Source: Tubiluchus corallicola (lineage: Eukaryota > Animalia > Priapulida). Taken from it: 64,000 nucleotides of DNA. A program made the position numbers and the translations under genes. The stretch is from assembly GCA_030141605.1 (NCBI GenBank), contig JAQGDQ010000018.1, positions 1,054,001 to 1,118,000 on the forward strand. Reading direction: 5' to 3'. Of the stretch, positions 1 through 13,770 are shown one piece after another. The number at the start of each line of letters is the position of its first letter. Position 1 is the stretch's first letter. The notes beneath the pieces were generated by a model. The model did not search any database and was not told the origin of the DNA. It saw only the letters and a list, made by a program, of their open reading frames with translations.

Positions 1-2339
1 ATTTAGTTCATTTTGTATAAGCACAATTACTCGTGAATAGGGAATCCTGCCACTTTATTTAGACACAGTTATGATCTATATATACGCGGTCAAACGTGGG
101 ACACTGTCACACTACCTCTTTGTGTAATCACAAGTCAAGTAGTTGCACCTGTATTTCGTCCGCTGAGGCATGTTTTCACTTCGTGTAAACATTGATGGCA
201 ACGTCGTTTTCTGTAAATATTTAGTAACAAGTGCGTCACTTGTACAGATTATGATGTCACTTGTATTTGTATGATCTGTCATATGTTGTAGAAAAAAAGC
301 TGTAATATTGTGTACGGAGGAGTTTGGGCTGCAGGAGCGGGTAATAGCTACGTATCGTGGCTTGTAAATAGATTTACTATGCCAGCTTTTGATATATCAA
401 GTTTTGAAAGAATATGTAATCTATATATGTGTCGCACCAGGCCTGCCTAATCAATGATTTATATACTAGAGTATTATCGTTAACGCAACAATAGGCATTT
501 GACAAAATACTTTAAATATGATTATTCGCATGACCTTGGTGTGAAACTATATTTTATTTTAAACCATTTCGTATGACTCACGATTGGCCTAAATAACCCC
601 ATGATGAATGTTAATGTCATTGATTAATTGCTAGTCTCAAATTCCAGGGTTGTTGTTTAGTGCGCAGGACAGGTAATAAAAGCTGTAATCCCGCGTGATG
701 GATGGCTCGCCACTCTGCAAATGGAAGCCTCGTTGATGACAGAATGTCACATTTGACAAATGGTCTCTGCCTGCGCAAATGCTAAGCTTTCTGCTCACCG
801 GATGGGAATTTGATTATCATAAACGAGGGTAAAGTGCGTGCTGTTCGCAATTAACGTTCAAGTATGCACACAACAACGACAAAATTTCCAAAATCGTTAA
901 TTCCCGTTATAATAATTAATAGGGAGCGTCGTTAAGTAAACTCGAGTTTTGGAAAATTCGTTTCCAGCTATGGAAATTAGCTTTTAAGCCATTTTATAAT
1001 ACATACATTTCACCTACCGCACATATTGCAATAAACGCATGTGACTATTCCTTGATTTTATTAGTATAATAATTATTGATATTCTCGAATAATTTCCACT
1101 TTTCCTGCCGTTTACTGCAGCATCCAGTGATGCAGCAATTATATAAGCAGACTGAAATATACATAGAAGCGATATTATCAGCCTCTAACGTGTGAAAATA
1201 AAGTTAAACATCAGTTACTCGGAGCTTAATCAATATCATGTTCAAAATCATATTACAATAAAAATCTTTAGGCATTTGCAGAGCATGCTATCAGAGGCTG
1301 GCATTGGACAGCTATTAAACTAAAGTCCAGTCATTAAAGTCGCATGGGAATAATATCATAACTATGGCTAGATGGGGTTGAATAGGCTTGTATTCACACC
1401 GCTGTAGTTCACTTCAAATATAATACAGTGGATAGGCACATGCATGCAGCTGAAACTGTCACTCAAGAGGAAAGATACAATGCAAAATTTTATCTAATAT
1501 CAGGCTTTCAGAGTTTGAATGACAGCGCAGAGGATTCTGAGGTGCTTGACAAGGCAATCAGACAAAATGAACGCATGATGGCAGTTACCACATTTACAGG
1601 GGAGTACTGGAGGTGACCGTTCTGATTATAGGCGAAAAACATGTTCAACGCAACATCTAATCTGCTACTAAATAAATGCACTACATATATGCCTTGTGTC
1701 CATAATGCCTATTCTCGTTTCGTCATTTTGCAATTTACTTATACGCCCTCTTATAAAAGGATTAAACTCGCTATTGTCAATGGCGGAGTGTGCAGGACAA
1801 AAGTACTTCACATTTAAAGTGACAGATGTGCTTTTGCGTCACTTTTTCTATGAAAGAACAGTTTCAGTGCAGACATTTTAGACGCTGTCAAATGTAAAAC
1901 GGTTGTCAATAATATGACAGCGTGATGACAAGTTTAAGACTTTGAGCATGTAATAAGTTTGCGATTTCAAGTAAAAAACGCAAATCAGCAAAATTACGCT
2001 ACCTAGAGGAAACAGCAACTGATAATAAATTGATGTAAGCTTTTTTCGTCGGCATATGGCTGTCGATCACAAAAACAACAATTACAACAATAACTGCGAT
2101 TGGTCACGGTATGTGCATAACTACATAGTCAGGCAATGTCAGTCCCTATTAATATACAGATGGGTCACATCAAGAAAACTTCTTGGCGGTATTATTGTCC
2201 ATAGGCATAGTGCCACTTGCTATTTCTTTTTTTGAGGGAGGATACATACTCATTTGAATGTGCCAAGTTGGCTAACAGTGTAGCGAAGTATATAAAAAAG
2301 AAACGTGTAATTATATGCTACTGGTCATCGAACCTGTAT

Positions 2340-2748
2340 TCACTCTCTAAAAACATTTACAATGCTACACTATCTACTGCTAAGAACATTTACTTTACTA
2401 AACAATCTAAAAACATTTATAAAGCTACCCTTTCTAACGACGTTTACGATGCTACACTCTACACTCTATCAACGTTTACAGTGCTACACCCTAAGAACGT
2501 TTACAATACCACACTCTCTAAGAATGTTTAAATGCTACACTGCCTAAAAACGTTTACATTGCTGCACTCTAGGAACGTTTACAATGTCTGCTTTCCCGAA
2601 GAAAGTTTGCACTATTACCTTCTCTAAGCATGTTTAAGATGCTACACTCTCTACGACTACATTGTTGCGCTTTCTAAAAACGTTTACATTACTACACTAC
2701 CAGAAAATGTTGACAATACGCTCTCCAAGAACATGTTCATTGCTACTG
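2340..2748. repeat. Degenerate 27-bp minisatellite (about 15 copies)
   Basis: Recurring unit close to ACACTCTCTAAAAACGTTTACAATGCT; explains the repetitive ORFs 2217-2531 and 2362-2547. Confidence 0.85.
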
Positions 2749-3916
2749 TAAATGTACTTGTTGGCTAGCCACCAGGGAAGGGTGGGCAAAAATGTCATGT
2801 AGTTGTAATATATATATGTATATTAGTGCATTTAATTTATCAAAGGGTAACGATGCGGTACGATCTAGTTGCGTGTAAGCTACAAACTTCCTGAATACTT
2901 TTTACGTCTTTTTTAAATAGTTTTATAATTATGGTTACTGCTAAACTTGAACGTGGTGAAACGTTGATTTATGACAGCTAGTAACGACTCCACTGCTATC
3001 GTACTATGCACCAGGTGCCAGAAGATTTATTGCTTAATTATTCTGCCAAACACACAAATTTCATACTTGGTATTTATGCCGATCGGGCCGCCTCATAATT
3101 TCATCAAACGTGTCGCTATATAATGTAGCAAAATGTTTATTCCAAACTTAATATCGAAACGTATAAAGGACAATAAAGAATAAAAGTCTCGGTGGAGTTA
3201 AATGTTAAATGGCTCCCGATCGGAACATTGTATTTTAAGCTTCAAATAAAAGCACTAGATGCTGTCCTAGCAATTTTATAAAAATGAATTAGATTGAAAA
3301 TACGTACAAGTAAAATGTTTTGTTTGTCTAATGTTTACAGGTTTTATACAATTCCCAACTTTCCAGACTCTTAAAATGCGGTAGCTGTTTTCGCATTCAC
3401 TATGACTGCCACAAAATGTATCAAAAATGAAAAATTGCCTGACGTATGTATAAGCTTATTATGGTATGAAGGGTCGGAGACAGAGGCAAAAGTAGGCCTA
3501 ATGGTTTTATTATAGTGTAATAGTGGGTTAACGGAATATGTATTTTAAAAGCTAAATAAGATGCATATAAGGGTAAATAAATAAATATATACATGCCTGC
3601 GTCCATTGTCTTCAGGCCTACATAAAGGTGCAAGCCTTTGCTTTTTTAGAACAAATCTGTGCTTTCATTTTAGTGTAAACGTAGTGTGCCTTGAATTCTG
3701 TTTACTTATTTCGGACTTTTGTGACACTTGCAGGGTTGTGTCTTGTAGCTTAACTATTTGACTGATTTGACTTAACAGTATAGCTAAACAAACATGCAAG
3801 GTGCCTATAATACATGTAGACATGTATCATGTTTGTTTATATAAATTATAAACTGACTTATTATAAATCAGTATAAGTTACAACTAAACTATATTAGCAA
3901 GCGCGTGTTATACCTA

Positions 3917-3918
3917 CT

Positions 3919-3949
<31 letters not shown>
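3917..3949. repeat. (TA)n microsatellite
   Basis: Direct reading. Confidence 0.9.
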
Positions 3950-3953
<4 letters not shown>

Positions 3954-5172
3954 TAAACTAACGGTGCACGTTTTTATTAGAGATTGAACTCCAAGAAATG
4001 ATTAACCAAAGATGTACTTTTAGCGAAGGACTGAAATTTAATTTCAACCCGGGAGAGTTTTAGCAGCAGATGCACGAAGATAATAGTAGAAACACCATCA
4101 TCCATCACTCATGATGGCTGTTACTATACAGCTGGTGAATCTTGCACAATCAATCATGGCATGTGCGTGTGTGAGAAAGCTTCAGTTGAGGAGCCTCCTG
4201 GAACTGAAAACTAATTTAGCTGTTGGACAGTAAGACAAACGAACCCGGCAACTTTGACGTTCTTCGTTGCAGGTACTAAGGTTAAAGATGATGAGCTCAT
4301 GGTGCAGTCACCTATGTAGTGTAGTGGATGCTGGGTAGTCTGGGTATTGGATTGACCAAACGCCGAACCGGCAACGAAAAGTACCACACATTGTTTCACT
4401 CTTTAAGTTCTTAACTTGTGTGATTAAGCATCTAGATATTCGTAAAGTTGTTTTGCAGTTCAGCGCGGTCTTCAGTATTATTAGTAACAGAGATCGTTTC
4501 CATTTAAAGGGAAACAAAAGGGAATTTTGAAGTATATCCTAAAAAAACTTTCCGTACAAAGTTATGTTATTTATTACGTTTACCTGTTTGAAAAGGTTAT
4601 GTAATTCCAAAAGAAAATTCTTGATAAGTTAACCATTCGCGCCACCTGGTAAAATGTCACTACGTCACATTTCCCAGTGTGCACCACTAGTTCACCAAAA
4701 ACATTTTGTTGATCCTAACTGGCGGTATAAAGTATATTTATATAATTTACATTTTTCCATGGTTTGCGAAGAGTGCGCTACAAAAGCTCTGATTATTTTT
4801 TCAAATATTACGCAGTGTTATCTAATTTTGTTTCAAGCTTACTCTTTAAAATGGCTGCGTTTAACAGTTATTGCTGGAGTTTAATTTTACAAGTTATACA
4901 GTGTTACTCCTAACGCAAGCCCTGTACGCAATAAGACAGAATGTAAATGATATGAAATTTCAAAACAATTTTTTAAAATTGATATATGAAAAATATCTTC
5001 TTGTCCTTTAATTTTGTTGATCGCTACGATTTCTTACATCGCTCACATGAGTGACTGAGTCGCAAGCAGGTTAATACTAAGTCTTATTTTAATCTATAGT
5101 CGTAGAAGAAGTTTGAAATTAGGCTGTCTTAAAATGCTTACCGACCATTGTCAATTTTGCTAAAGGGGTAAG

Positions 5173-7100
5173 TGTTACAGCTGATAATGTAGTAAATTCC
5201 CGACAATGTAATACCAAAAACGAGACACATATTGTAATAAAATATCAACGCATAATGTGCTAAATAACCGATAAGGTAATAATGTTAACTGATGATGTAT
5301 ACGCAAAAAATACGCACAATATTAGATCCATAAAATGCATAACGTAATAATCAGACTGTTGACGCTTATTGTAGCAGCACAAAACGCATAATGTAATAAC
5401 AAAAATTCTAACCGATAACGTAATAACTAGCAAAATTAATGTACAGTTTAATTTTTATTTTTTGGAATATGAAGATGAAATGTAGGTAAAATGGTACAGG
5501 AAAAAAATGGCACAAATGGAGAAATAGGTAAAAATGGCACAGGTAAAAAGTTCACAGGAACAAGGGGACGGTGGAATGGCACAGGTAAAAAGTTCACAGG
5601 AACAAGGGGACGGTGGAATGGCACAGGTAAAAATTGCACACTTAGTAAAATATGAGTTTTGGGTTAGGGTTACTGTGGGAGATAATTATTTTAGTAATTT
5701 TTATCCCTGCCAAGAAAGTTATGCTTCAACCTTCAACACAGTTTCTTTGTTTGGTTTTTTTTGTCTTTTATAGCAGTAAGCCTAATACGCAAGAACTACA
5801 TAACAGGTATCCACGAAACTTTGTGAAGAAGACGGGTATTGGTCTTTTCGATTCTTCTTTTTTCCCAAAACTTCACCGAACACGACGTAAAAAACATCCA
5901 TGAAGCACTTGCGTGGAGGCCTGAGAGGGAATTTTTAGTACTTCTTTTTTATTATATCCACCAGGACACACAACTGCGAGTTAGTTCCAGGTTCCATTTC
6001 GAGAAATTCTCCCTTGGAAAACTCTGTAACCTTTGCTTATTAATGTGTGTAGCATTATAAGTTGACTTGGTATGTAAATACGTTTATTTGTAAGTACATT
6101 GCCATCGCCTAAATCAATGGCTAAAGAAAGGTAGAAAACATGTGGAATAATCGTGAATTCTATTTAATGAACAAAATATTTTGTGAGTCTTTTGATAGTC
6201 TATATAATCTATATATTACCAGTACAGGTATATGTTGTATGTTTGCTTGTTTATCTTTGTTTTACGTTTTTTAATCAAAAGAATCAACCGAATAAGTTTA
6301 GGATTGTTCGGCTTTGACAAAGATCTGCTCCTACTGAGGGCATTCTAGTTTAATTATAGAAATAAAAATTGCATTAGAACTTCATAGGTGCCATTTTTCC
6401 TAGATTTTTATTTGTTCCATTTTTCCTGTGCCATTTTTACCTGCGTTATTTCATCACGCACCAGGAAAGTGCAATGCATAGCAAAGCGGCATATCTTAGA
6501 AACATGCATGGGACTTGCAAAATGTCTTATCTTCAACCAAAAGATTTTGATTTGCTAGCCAAGGTCACATGATTAGACGATATGCTTCATGCAGTTTATG
6601 ATATGCTCATATGGTTCGTCAGCTAAAATGATCTATTACTTTCGAATTTAATTTCGTTCTGCATTTCAATGAAGCTAATTTAAATTTAATAAAAGGAGTT
6701 TATTTTGTTTTTGCAGTCAGTTTTACAATCAATGCATAAGGATGCAACCTGGTCAGGATATGTAATTTTACCGAAAAAAATAAAGTGTGTTGCAAACTAT
6801 GACTTATAGCACTCACATATTCAACAATAACTTGCGAAATGTCATATATTCAATTACTTTTTAACTGTTTTAACAATATGACTCATCAAAAGTTTCTAAA
6901 CATATGCAAGCAAACTCCAGGTAACCTAAAAATTATGAACTATATTTAAGTTGTCTTACTATTTTTGTGATAACAAGAAAGTTAAAATTCCTCAAAAACA
7001 GTTTTCACTTAGATATGGCATTTTGCTGGTAAGCCCCTCAATAGATGCTTACTAATTGGCAGCTGTATATCGGGCGTTTATTACATTATCAGTTGTAACA
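5173..7100. mobile_element. Non-autonomous TIR element (outer member of a nest)
   Basis: Left end TGTTACAGCTGATAATGTAGTAAATTCCCGA matches the reverse complement of the right end, TGTTACAACTGATAATGTAATAAACGCCCGA; subterminal (G/C)ATAATGTAATAA-like repeats at 5180-5430. No TSD found. Confidence 0.6.
5465..6462. mobile_element. Non-autonomous DNA transposon with about 75-bp imperfect TIRs, nested in the previous element
   Basis: AGGTAAAAATGGCACAGG motifs at 5480-5640 mirrored by CCTGTGCCATTTTTACCT at 6385-6445; two perfect 42-bp tandem copies at 5534 and 5576. Confidence 0.7.
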
Positions 7101-8074
7101 GTTGATTCATTTCTTGTAACAGTTGAGAAACATGGTCGCAGAGAATGGCGGGCGCTTTTTGTCCAAACACTCGGGTGCTGTGGCTCGCCTATTCTCAAGT
7201 CTAACTGTATATCACCTCTATTTTATATTTAGTTACAACCTTTCTTATCACTGAAGGTCTCAAAATATAAATAAAGTACAGAATTATACACCTATAGCCA
7301 GCGCGCCATGGAATATTGGTTTGCATGAGAAGCTTAGCTAGACGCCTCTCCCTACGAAATCAAATTTGACTACGTCCTCTGGGTGATCTTAGGCACATAC
7401 TTGGAGACTCAGAACCTATGGATACTCGGTATTCGCGTTATTTAAGATAGGATTTTAATCGTTAATCTTTTTGTGCTATTAGCAATCACAGCTATTTGCA
7501 CATCATCAACTGTTGAAGGAGGTGTATCACTTGTTTCAGAATGTTATTCTTATCTGAAGCACGTCAGCGTGAAGCTGACATTGGACTCTCTACGCACGCT
7601 GAAAACTCCGCACATAGTGTGTATAAAATCGAAGCAGAACGAAACAATTTTTGATCAAATCAAACAAAAGCTAACACATTTTTCACTCATGAATAATGAG
7701 TGTGTATTTCAGTGCCATCCATCAACTGTTCACTGGTTTAGTATATGTTTTGTGGCAATCAATCATAACCTACTGTCAGGTCAGTTGTTTGAATAGTCAA
7801 TGCGTTCCCGGAAACTTTACTTCTACAACTTTTCTTGATGCAAGTCACACGTGATACGCTGTTTGATTCTTCATTTCTCATGTTCATTCAATAGTAATGT
7901 CAAAATGAAGTTTAAACACCATGCAAATCAATCGTTTTGCAACATTTTTCCCTTTCGTACAAAGTACCAGGACTTTAGCAGCATCGCAGCGATAAGTAAA
8001 ATGAATAATAAGATACATGATATTTAAAATTGAGACATGTTTTGAACTCAAGCAAGTAAGTAATTTAGCGATTT

Positions 8075-8403
8075 AGGTCCGTTTCCCAAAAAAATTCACA
8101 GAAAAACCATTGTCCAGAAAAATAATTTCACAGAAAAAAATGGCCAGAAAATTTCTATTCAGAAAACTTGTTTCACTGAAAAAACGTTTTCCAGAAAGAT
8201 TTTTTACCAGAAAACTCACGATTATGTTTTTTCATTGCAAGATCTGTTGTTTTAATAGTATAAAGATTTTGATTTCCTTACCTTTTTCTCTGTAGTTCCC
8301 TCCCCTCCTACCATCTCTCTCTCTCCCTCATCCGCTCGCTCTCTTTTCTCTCCCCTCTCTTTCCCTCCACTCTATCCATCTTTCGTCCTCTCTCTCTCTC
8401 TCA

Positions 8404-8448
<45 letters not shown>

Positions 8449-8790
8449 CTCTCTCTCTTCTTCCTCGTTCTTTTGCCTCTTTCTCTTCCCTCCTTTCTCT
8501 CTTCCTCCGCTTTGCCTTTATCACTTTCTTTCTTTCTTCCTCTTCTCCCTCCTTTCTTTCACCCCTCTCGTTCTTTCTCTGTCTCTCCACCTCTCTCCCC
8601 TCCTCTCTATCCATACTTACCCTCTTCTCTCTTCTCCTCGTCGTCTTCCTCTCGCTCTCTCCCGCTTCACTCATCCTTCTCGTTCTTTCTCTTTTTTCTT
8701 CTAGTATTTTCTGGGAAAAAATTCTGCGAATTTTCTTCGGGTGACAAAATTTTTCTAGGAAAAAGCTTTTCTGGGAGCTAGTCTACCTCC
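8075..8790. mobile_element. MITE-like element with CCAGAAAA/TTTTCTGG subterminal repeats enclosing a CT-rich tract
   Basis: Repeated CCAGAAAA-like motifs at 8085-8215, inverted TTTTCTGG-like motifs at 8705-8775. Confidence 0.55.
8296..8700. repeat. About 400-bp polypyrimidine/(CT)n tract
   Basis: Almost exclusively C/T on the + strand, with a pure (CT)n core near 8407-8444. Confidence 0.95.
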
Positions 8791-10469
8791 ATTTGATTGT
8801 CAAGGTCGACATTTTTGTTGGACCTTGTCCAATCATCTATTCTATCAACCTGCTAAACGCTTTATCCAGTGTTATGTGCTTTACTCCAATAAAAGCAACT
8901 GTTTTTTATCAGTTTCTATTTTTGTTTTTCTTTAAACCGATAATTTACACCATTTTTTCACTTGCAGTTTTATATTTAGAGAAAAATTGTTACAGTGGTA
9001 CATCTAGGAAAAGTTATAACTTGAGTTAAATGTACCAGTGTAAAAAATTCAATCCTGAACTTCTCTACATACAATAAAAAAATGTACAAAAAAAGTTTAT
9101 GTGGGACAATATAGGCCACCTGCATCATGCAGGCAGCAGACCAAGCGCAGTAAATTGGTGGCAATTTGGTACGAAGGTTAATATCTTAATATCTCGGTCT
9201 TTTTGTACTAAGTCTTTGAGCAGTTCGGGAAAGCGTTCAATTGGGTTAAATTTTGGTCCGTTTGGATTAAAGCAAAAGTTACCAGAGGAGAGGAACAGCC
9301 ATGCCCGGTGTAGCACATAAAATTAAATGTTCATCGCAGGGTTTCGCAAAACTCAGCAATTGTGACACCATGTGCGGTATCTTACGTGCAGGTAAATGTG
9401 ATTGTAGGTGTACTGGGCACTTGGGTAGATTAATGGCAGAGTATTTATGGCAGATTAACCCCCCACCCCCACCCCAGGGAATGGAAGTTAGCCATGTACG
9501 TAAAGGCTTATCACAAGAAAACTGCGTTTTAATTATGCAGCTTCAGTTTTCAGCAAACCAATCAGGTGTGGTGAATAGCAAACTGATTAATTACGTTCTG
9601 ACAGTTGACATTGACAGGTAACTCGGCGACTGAGATTGCAGCGAGTGCATAATAATTATAACAGGCACACCTTCGTGATGCTTCATCTATACTAATTTTC
9701 ATGAAAGATTCATCTTTGTGCACTTTACGCGGTACTGTGATTAAACATCTTCAAGTTTGTAAAAGTGGATTGATTATACACTAGAGATTTCTTGTTATAA
9801 TCATAATCATAAATTATATACCGCACAGCGTGGACTATATTCCCGGGAGTGTGGAAAATACTGTTTGATGGTAATACTCTCAATCAAGCTCATGCGACTA
9901 TTATGCCCAAGTGATTAATGAGAATTTTTAGGCGTTAATGTCTCTATTCTTACCCTAATTTATTATTCGCTCTTAACGAGCATTCTACGTTGTGTTAGTT
10001 ATTATAAACTCCAACTCTTGTTGTAAAATGTCTGTTTAGGCAATTTGCGCTATAATGGCGTTGCCCATTATGCTGCAAAAGCCGACAAGTGTTATCCTTC
10101 TACGCAAAATAAAAAATGAACTGTATGAAAAATCTTAGTCAAACACAATGTATTTCGAGTCACAATTCTAAGAAATCTTAAAATAAAGTACTTAAGTAAA
10201 GTAAAGTACAAAAAAGGCAATTCATTGGCAGCTTGAAAAAATGCTATTCTTGCATAAATATTGCACTCCAGTTTGGTACATTGCAAGCCGGGTTCCAGCA
10301 GGTTATTGTGAAGGGGCCAGAATCTAGCTGATTGTGAACCAAATCTCATATATATTTAATCAGCAAAGATGCCTCAGCCACGATCGGCTGCAATAAATTT
10401 TCTGGTGGTCACCGATCCATTTATTGGTTAACCAGATCCAACTGTGTTTAAACACAATTTTATTTTGAC

Positions 10470-11105
10470 TAGAAGGTAAAAAAATTGAAGAAGAGGAACG
10501 TGTTAAATATCTTAGGGTTTAAATAGATAATAAAATGTTTTGGCTACATCACGTTAACTATGTCAAAACCAAACTAGCTCAAACATCAAGTATATTGTAT
10601 GAAATTAGCCATTACACTAATGCTGATACCATCATCAAAGTCTATTTTGCTATTTTATATTACGGGTTATTATGTTACGGTCCAGTTTGTTACTTCACTA
10701 ACGTCTTTACAAACCCTACAAAATAGATGTATCAGAGTAATAGTTAAATATTTATTGCTAACATATCGCAATCATATGTATACACATGTAGATTTTTAAA
10801 AATTACTGAATTGGATCATCGTGAACGTTTATTATTTATGTGTAAATATTTTCATAATCTGCTCCCTCCAATTTTTCATGATTTTTTAAATACTCGCCTA
10901 ATGAATTCATAGTTATTGAACTCGTGCTTTTTGCCAATTACTATCCTGCTGCTATCCATACTAATTATGGTTATTGTAAGCCTTCATACACTAGTATTCA
11001 GTTCTGGTATTTACGCAAACATCCACTGTTCTCAAAAACTATCCAATGCACCAGTTCAAAAATATATTATTGATCGTCTTTTGTCTCGCTATTCTACTTA
11101 AATAA
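10470..11105 (+). mobile_element. Degenerate CR1/L2-group LINE ORF2 3' fragment
   Basis: Translation VKYLRV*IDNKMFWLHHVNYVKTKL...IKVYFAILYYGLLCYG...LQTLQNRCIRVI fits the KYLG.IDxxL.W..H..LQ post-RT pattern; stops and frameshifts. Confidence 0.75.
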
Positions 11106-11699
11106 GCAAATTTTATAGTACAACATTACTAATGTCATCAGTTTGAATTTATTTGTACTTTGTATGTGCCTTAGTGCAATAATTACTCATTTTCTCATGT
11201 TTTGTTTTTTCTTTTTGACATATTTACTGATATATTTTGACATAGTATATTGACAACTTTTAGACTGCGTCTGCACTGATGAGTATCACAATCCCTGAGT
11301 GAGACACCACAGCTTACACTCCTCCTCATTCCAAGGTTGATTTGTACTAACCCTTCGTCAACGTAATATTGTTATTGCTATTATGAAATGTACGTACCTA
11401 ATTTTATGTAGGCCTATATTTGTACAAAGCGGGCAAATAAATATTTAAATCTTAAAAAACCTTAACTTTACACACAAGTATACATCTTTCTCTCTCAGCT
11501 CATATGCCCCAACAGCCAAAGTAAAGTAAAGATTTTTAGCAGTCAGAGCTGGTCAGTAAATTTGGATCAGACAGGTCTACTAGAAAGTTTAACCTTAGGG
11601 CCATTTCACAGAGGGCGCGCGGCAAAGTTCTGCGCGGAAAAATTATTCTTGGTATTCCTCACAAGTCAAAGGAAATATATTGTTTTCTTTGGCACATTC

Positions 11700-11780
11700 C
11701 ACGCACGCACACATACCCAGGCGCGCGCGCGCGCGCACCCAACCACCCACCCACACACACACACACACATACACACATGT
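11700..11780. repeat. Compound (GC)n/(CA)n microsatellite
   Basis: Direct reading. Confidence 0.85.
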
Positions 11781-13422
11781 CATAAAGCATTCTGCCGCCA
11801 GGTAGAAGCTTTGCGTCCTCTTCTCTAGGTAATTTGACAGCTTGAAAGAAATGGGTCACATTCCATTTTTGTGATCTTGCAGAATTAACATTAAATTTTA
11901 ACTGCTTAAATGCTTCTTTCTTATTTGGCGAACAACAGCCAGTGCATTTTAGTAAACAATTGTGTTTGTAATCTATCTTTTATCATTTATCATAATCATT
12001 TTTTTGTATTAAGGCAGCTTTGAGAGTTAAATTAGTGCGAGTAGTCTGAGCTCATAGAGATGATCGGACTTGTAAGTTGCCATAGAACTCGCCCTTTCAG
12101 TGACTAATTATCGAGTGAGCCCATGTTTCCGGTGTCTATTTGTCTTCACGAATTAACAACGGACAAATGTATGAACTTTTTCAAGCTCCATAGCATCAGT
12201 TGTGCATGTAATTTAAAATTGCACGTCTGCGCGCCCAATTTTTGTACATCAGTAAAATATCATGTCTCTGAGGACATAAAGCGTGTGGCCTAAAATCGTA
12301 AAGTTTTGGGTTCGAATACATTTTTCGAGCATCCTCCTAAATTTGACTGTTAATTACAAGTCAATAGTTTTTAGTAGCGTACCCCTATAGTATGCCTATC
12401 TGTGAACTGCATCGATACTGAAAGATCATCATTATGGTCATTATTAAGCACGATGAAAGTGGTTGCTATGTATGTCTTTGAAAAACAGTAATTACTGCGC
12501 ATGTCATCAATCATTTTACAAAACTTATGCACATGTGCATTTTTATTAAAGTAAATGATGCATCTGTCATGCGCCTGAAATTTATTTTCACTATTAATAT
12601 TGCTGAATAATGATCACTAGAAACGGTTTTATAATCATTTAAAAGCTTTTATGAAGCTCCATCACTCAACGTGTCATTACTGTCAGTCCGTCATGCACAG
12701 GTTATAACGATTTAGAAATTAAATCGTGAATTTTCAGCATACATCTATTTTTCAGTTCCATCACTGAAGCTGTGAGCATTTTGCAGCTATGTAGGGGTAT
12801 CCCTCCTATTATCTCTACTACTTTTTCCATCTGTTTTCTACACAGTCTGGGAACAACTCCGGGTGCAACTACACAATGGAAACGCTCTGTATTTTTCAGC
12901 GTTGTGGCCATTGCTGTCCTAATGGACTATTTCCAGAAGAGTATCAGCTGTGAGTTTCAAGCTTTCAGTTAGCTTATTCCGGTAAACCGGTATTCGGCTC
13001 AAACGTATAGACTCCGCATAGCCAGAAACAGCAATTAATTAACATATAAACTTGCAATTATTTTGCAGAAATCGCTAGAGTGAAAACATCTCTGTAATAT
13101 GTTTATTGGCTTCTGGTGAGAACCTATTGGAGTCACATAATGCAGCACGTAGGCGGAAAGAATTATGTTTCTGAACGTGAAATTGTGAAAGCGTACAATA
13201 TTGGCCCACAAATGCCGCCGCATGTAGTTTGTGAAATTTAGATGAAAAAAATGTCCTTAGCAGTTGACAGAGAAAATTCACAAATTAATGAGTCATCACC
13301 ACCATCATCATCATTGTCATCATCATTATCGTCGTCATCACCACCACGAACGAAGAACGAAAAGGTTCAATAAAGTTCACATATATAAAAATTTATGGCC
13401 TAAATCATTAAATAACGCCAAC

Positions 13423-13770
<348 letters not shown>

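Noticed and set aside
5448-5773. ORFs with 14-aa repeats, superficially like a repeat-spacer array
   Set aside because: Identical 42-bp tandem copies inside a transposon end; no unique spacers, eukaryotic context, not CRISPR.
8372-8781. R/E-rich and S/L/F-rich ORFs
   Set aside because: Translations of the CT/GA tract.
9099-9621. Cluster of short ORFs in a GC-richer patch
   Set aside because: No recognisable domain or consistent splice sites; probably decayed repeat.
12280-12322. tRNA B-box-like GGTTCGAATAC (similar weak motifs near 23215 and 63900)
   Set aside because: No cloverleaf; at most degenerate SINE heads.
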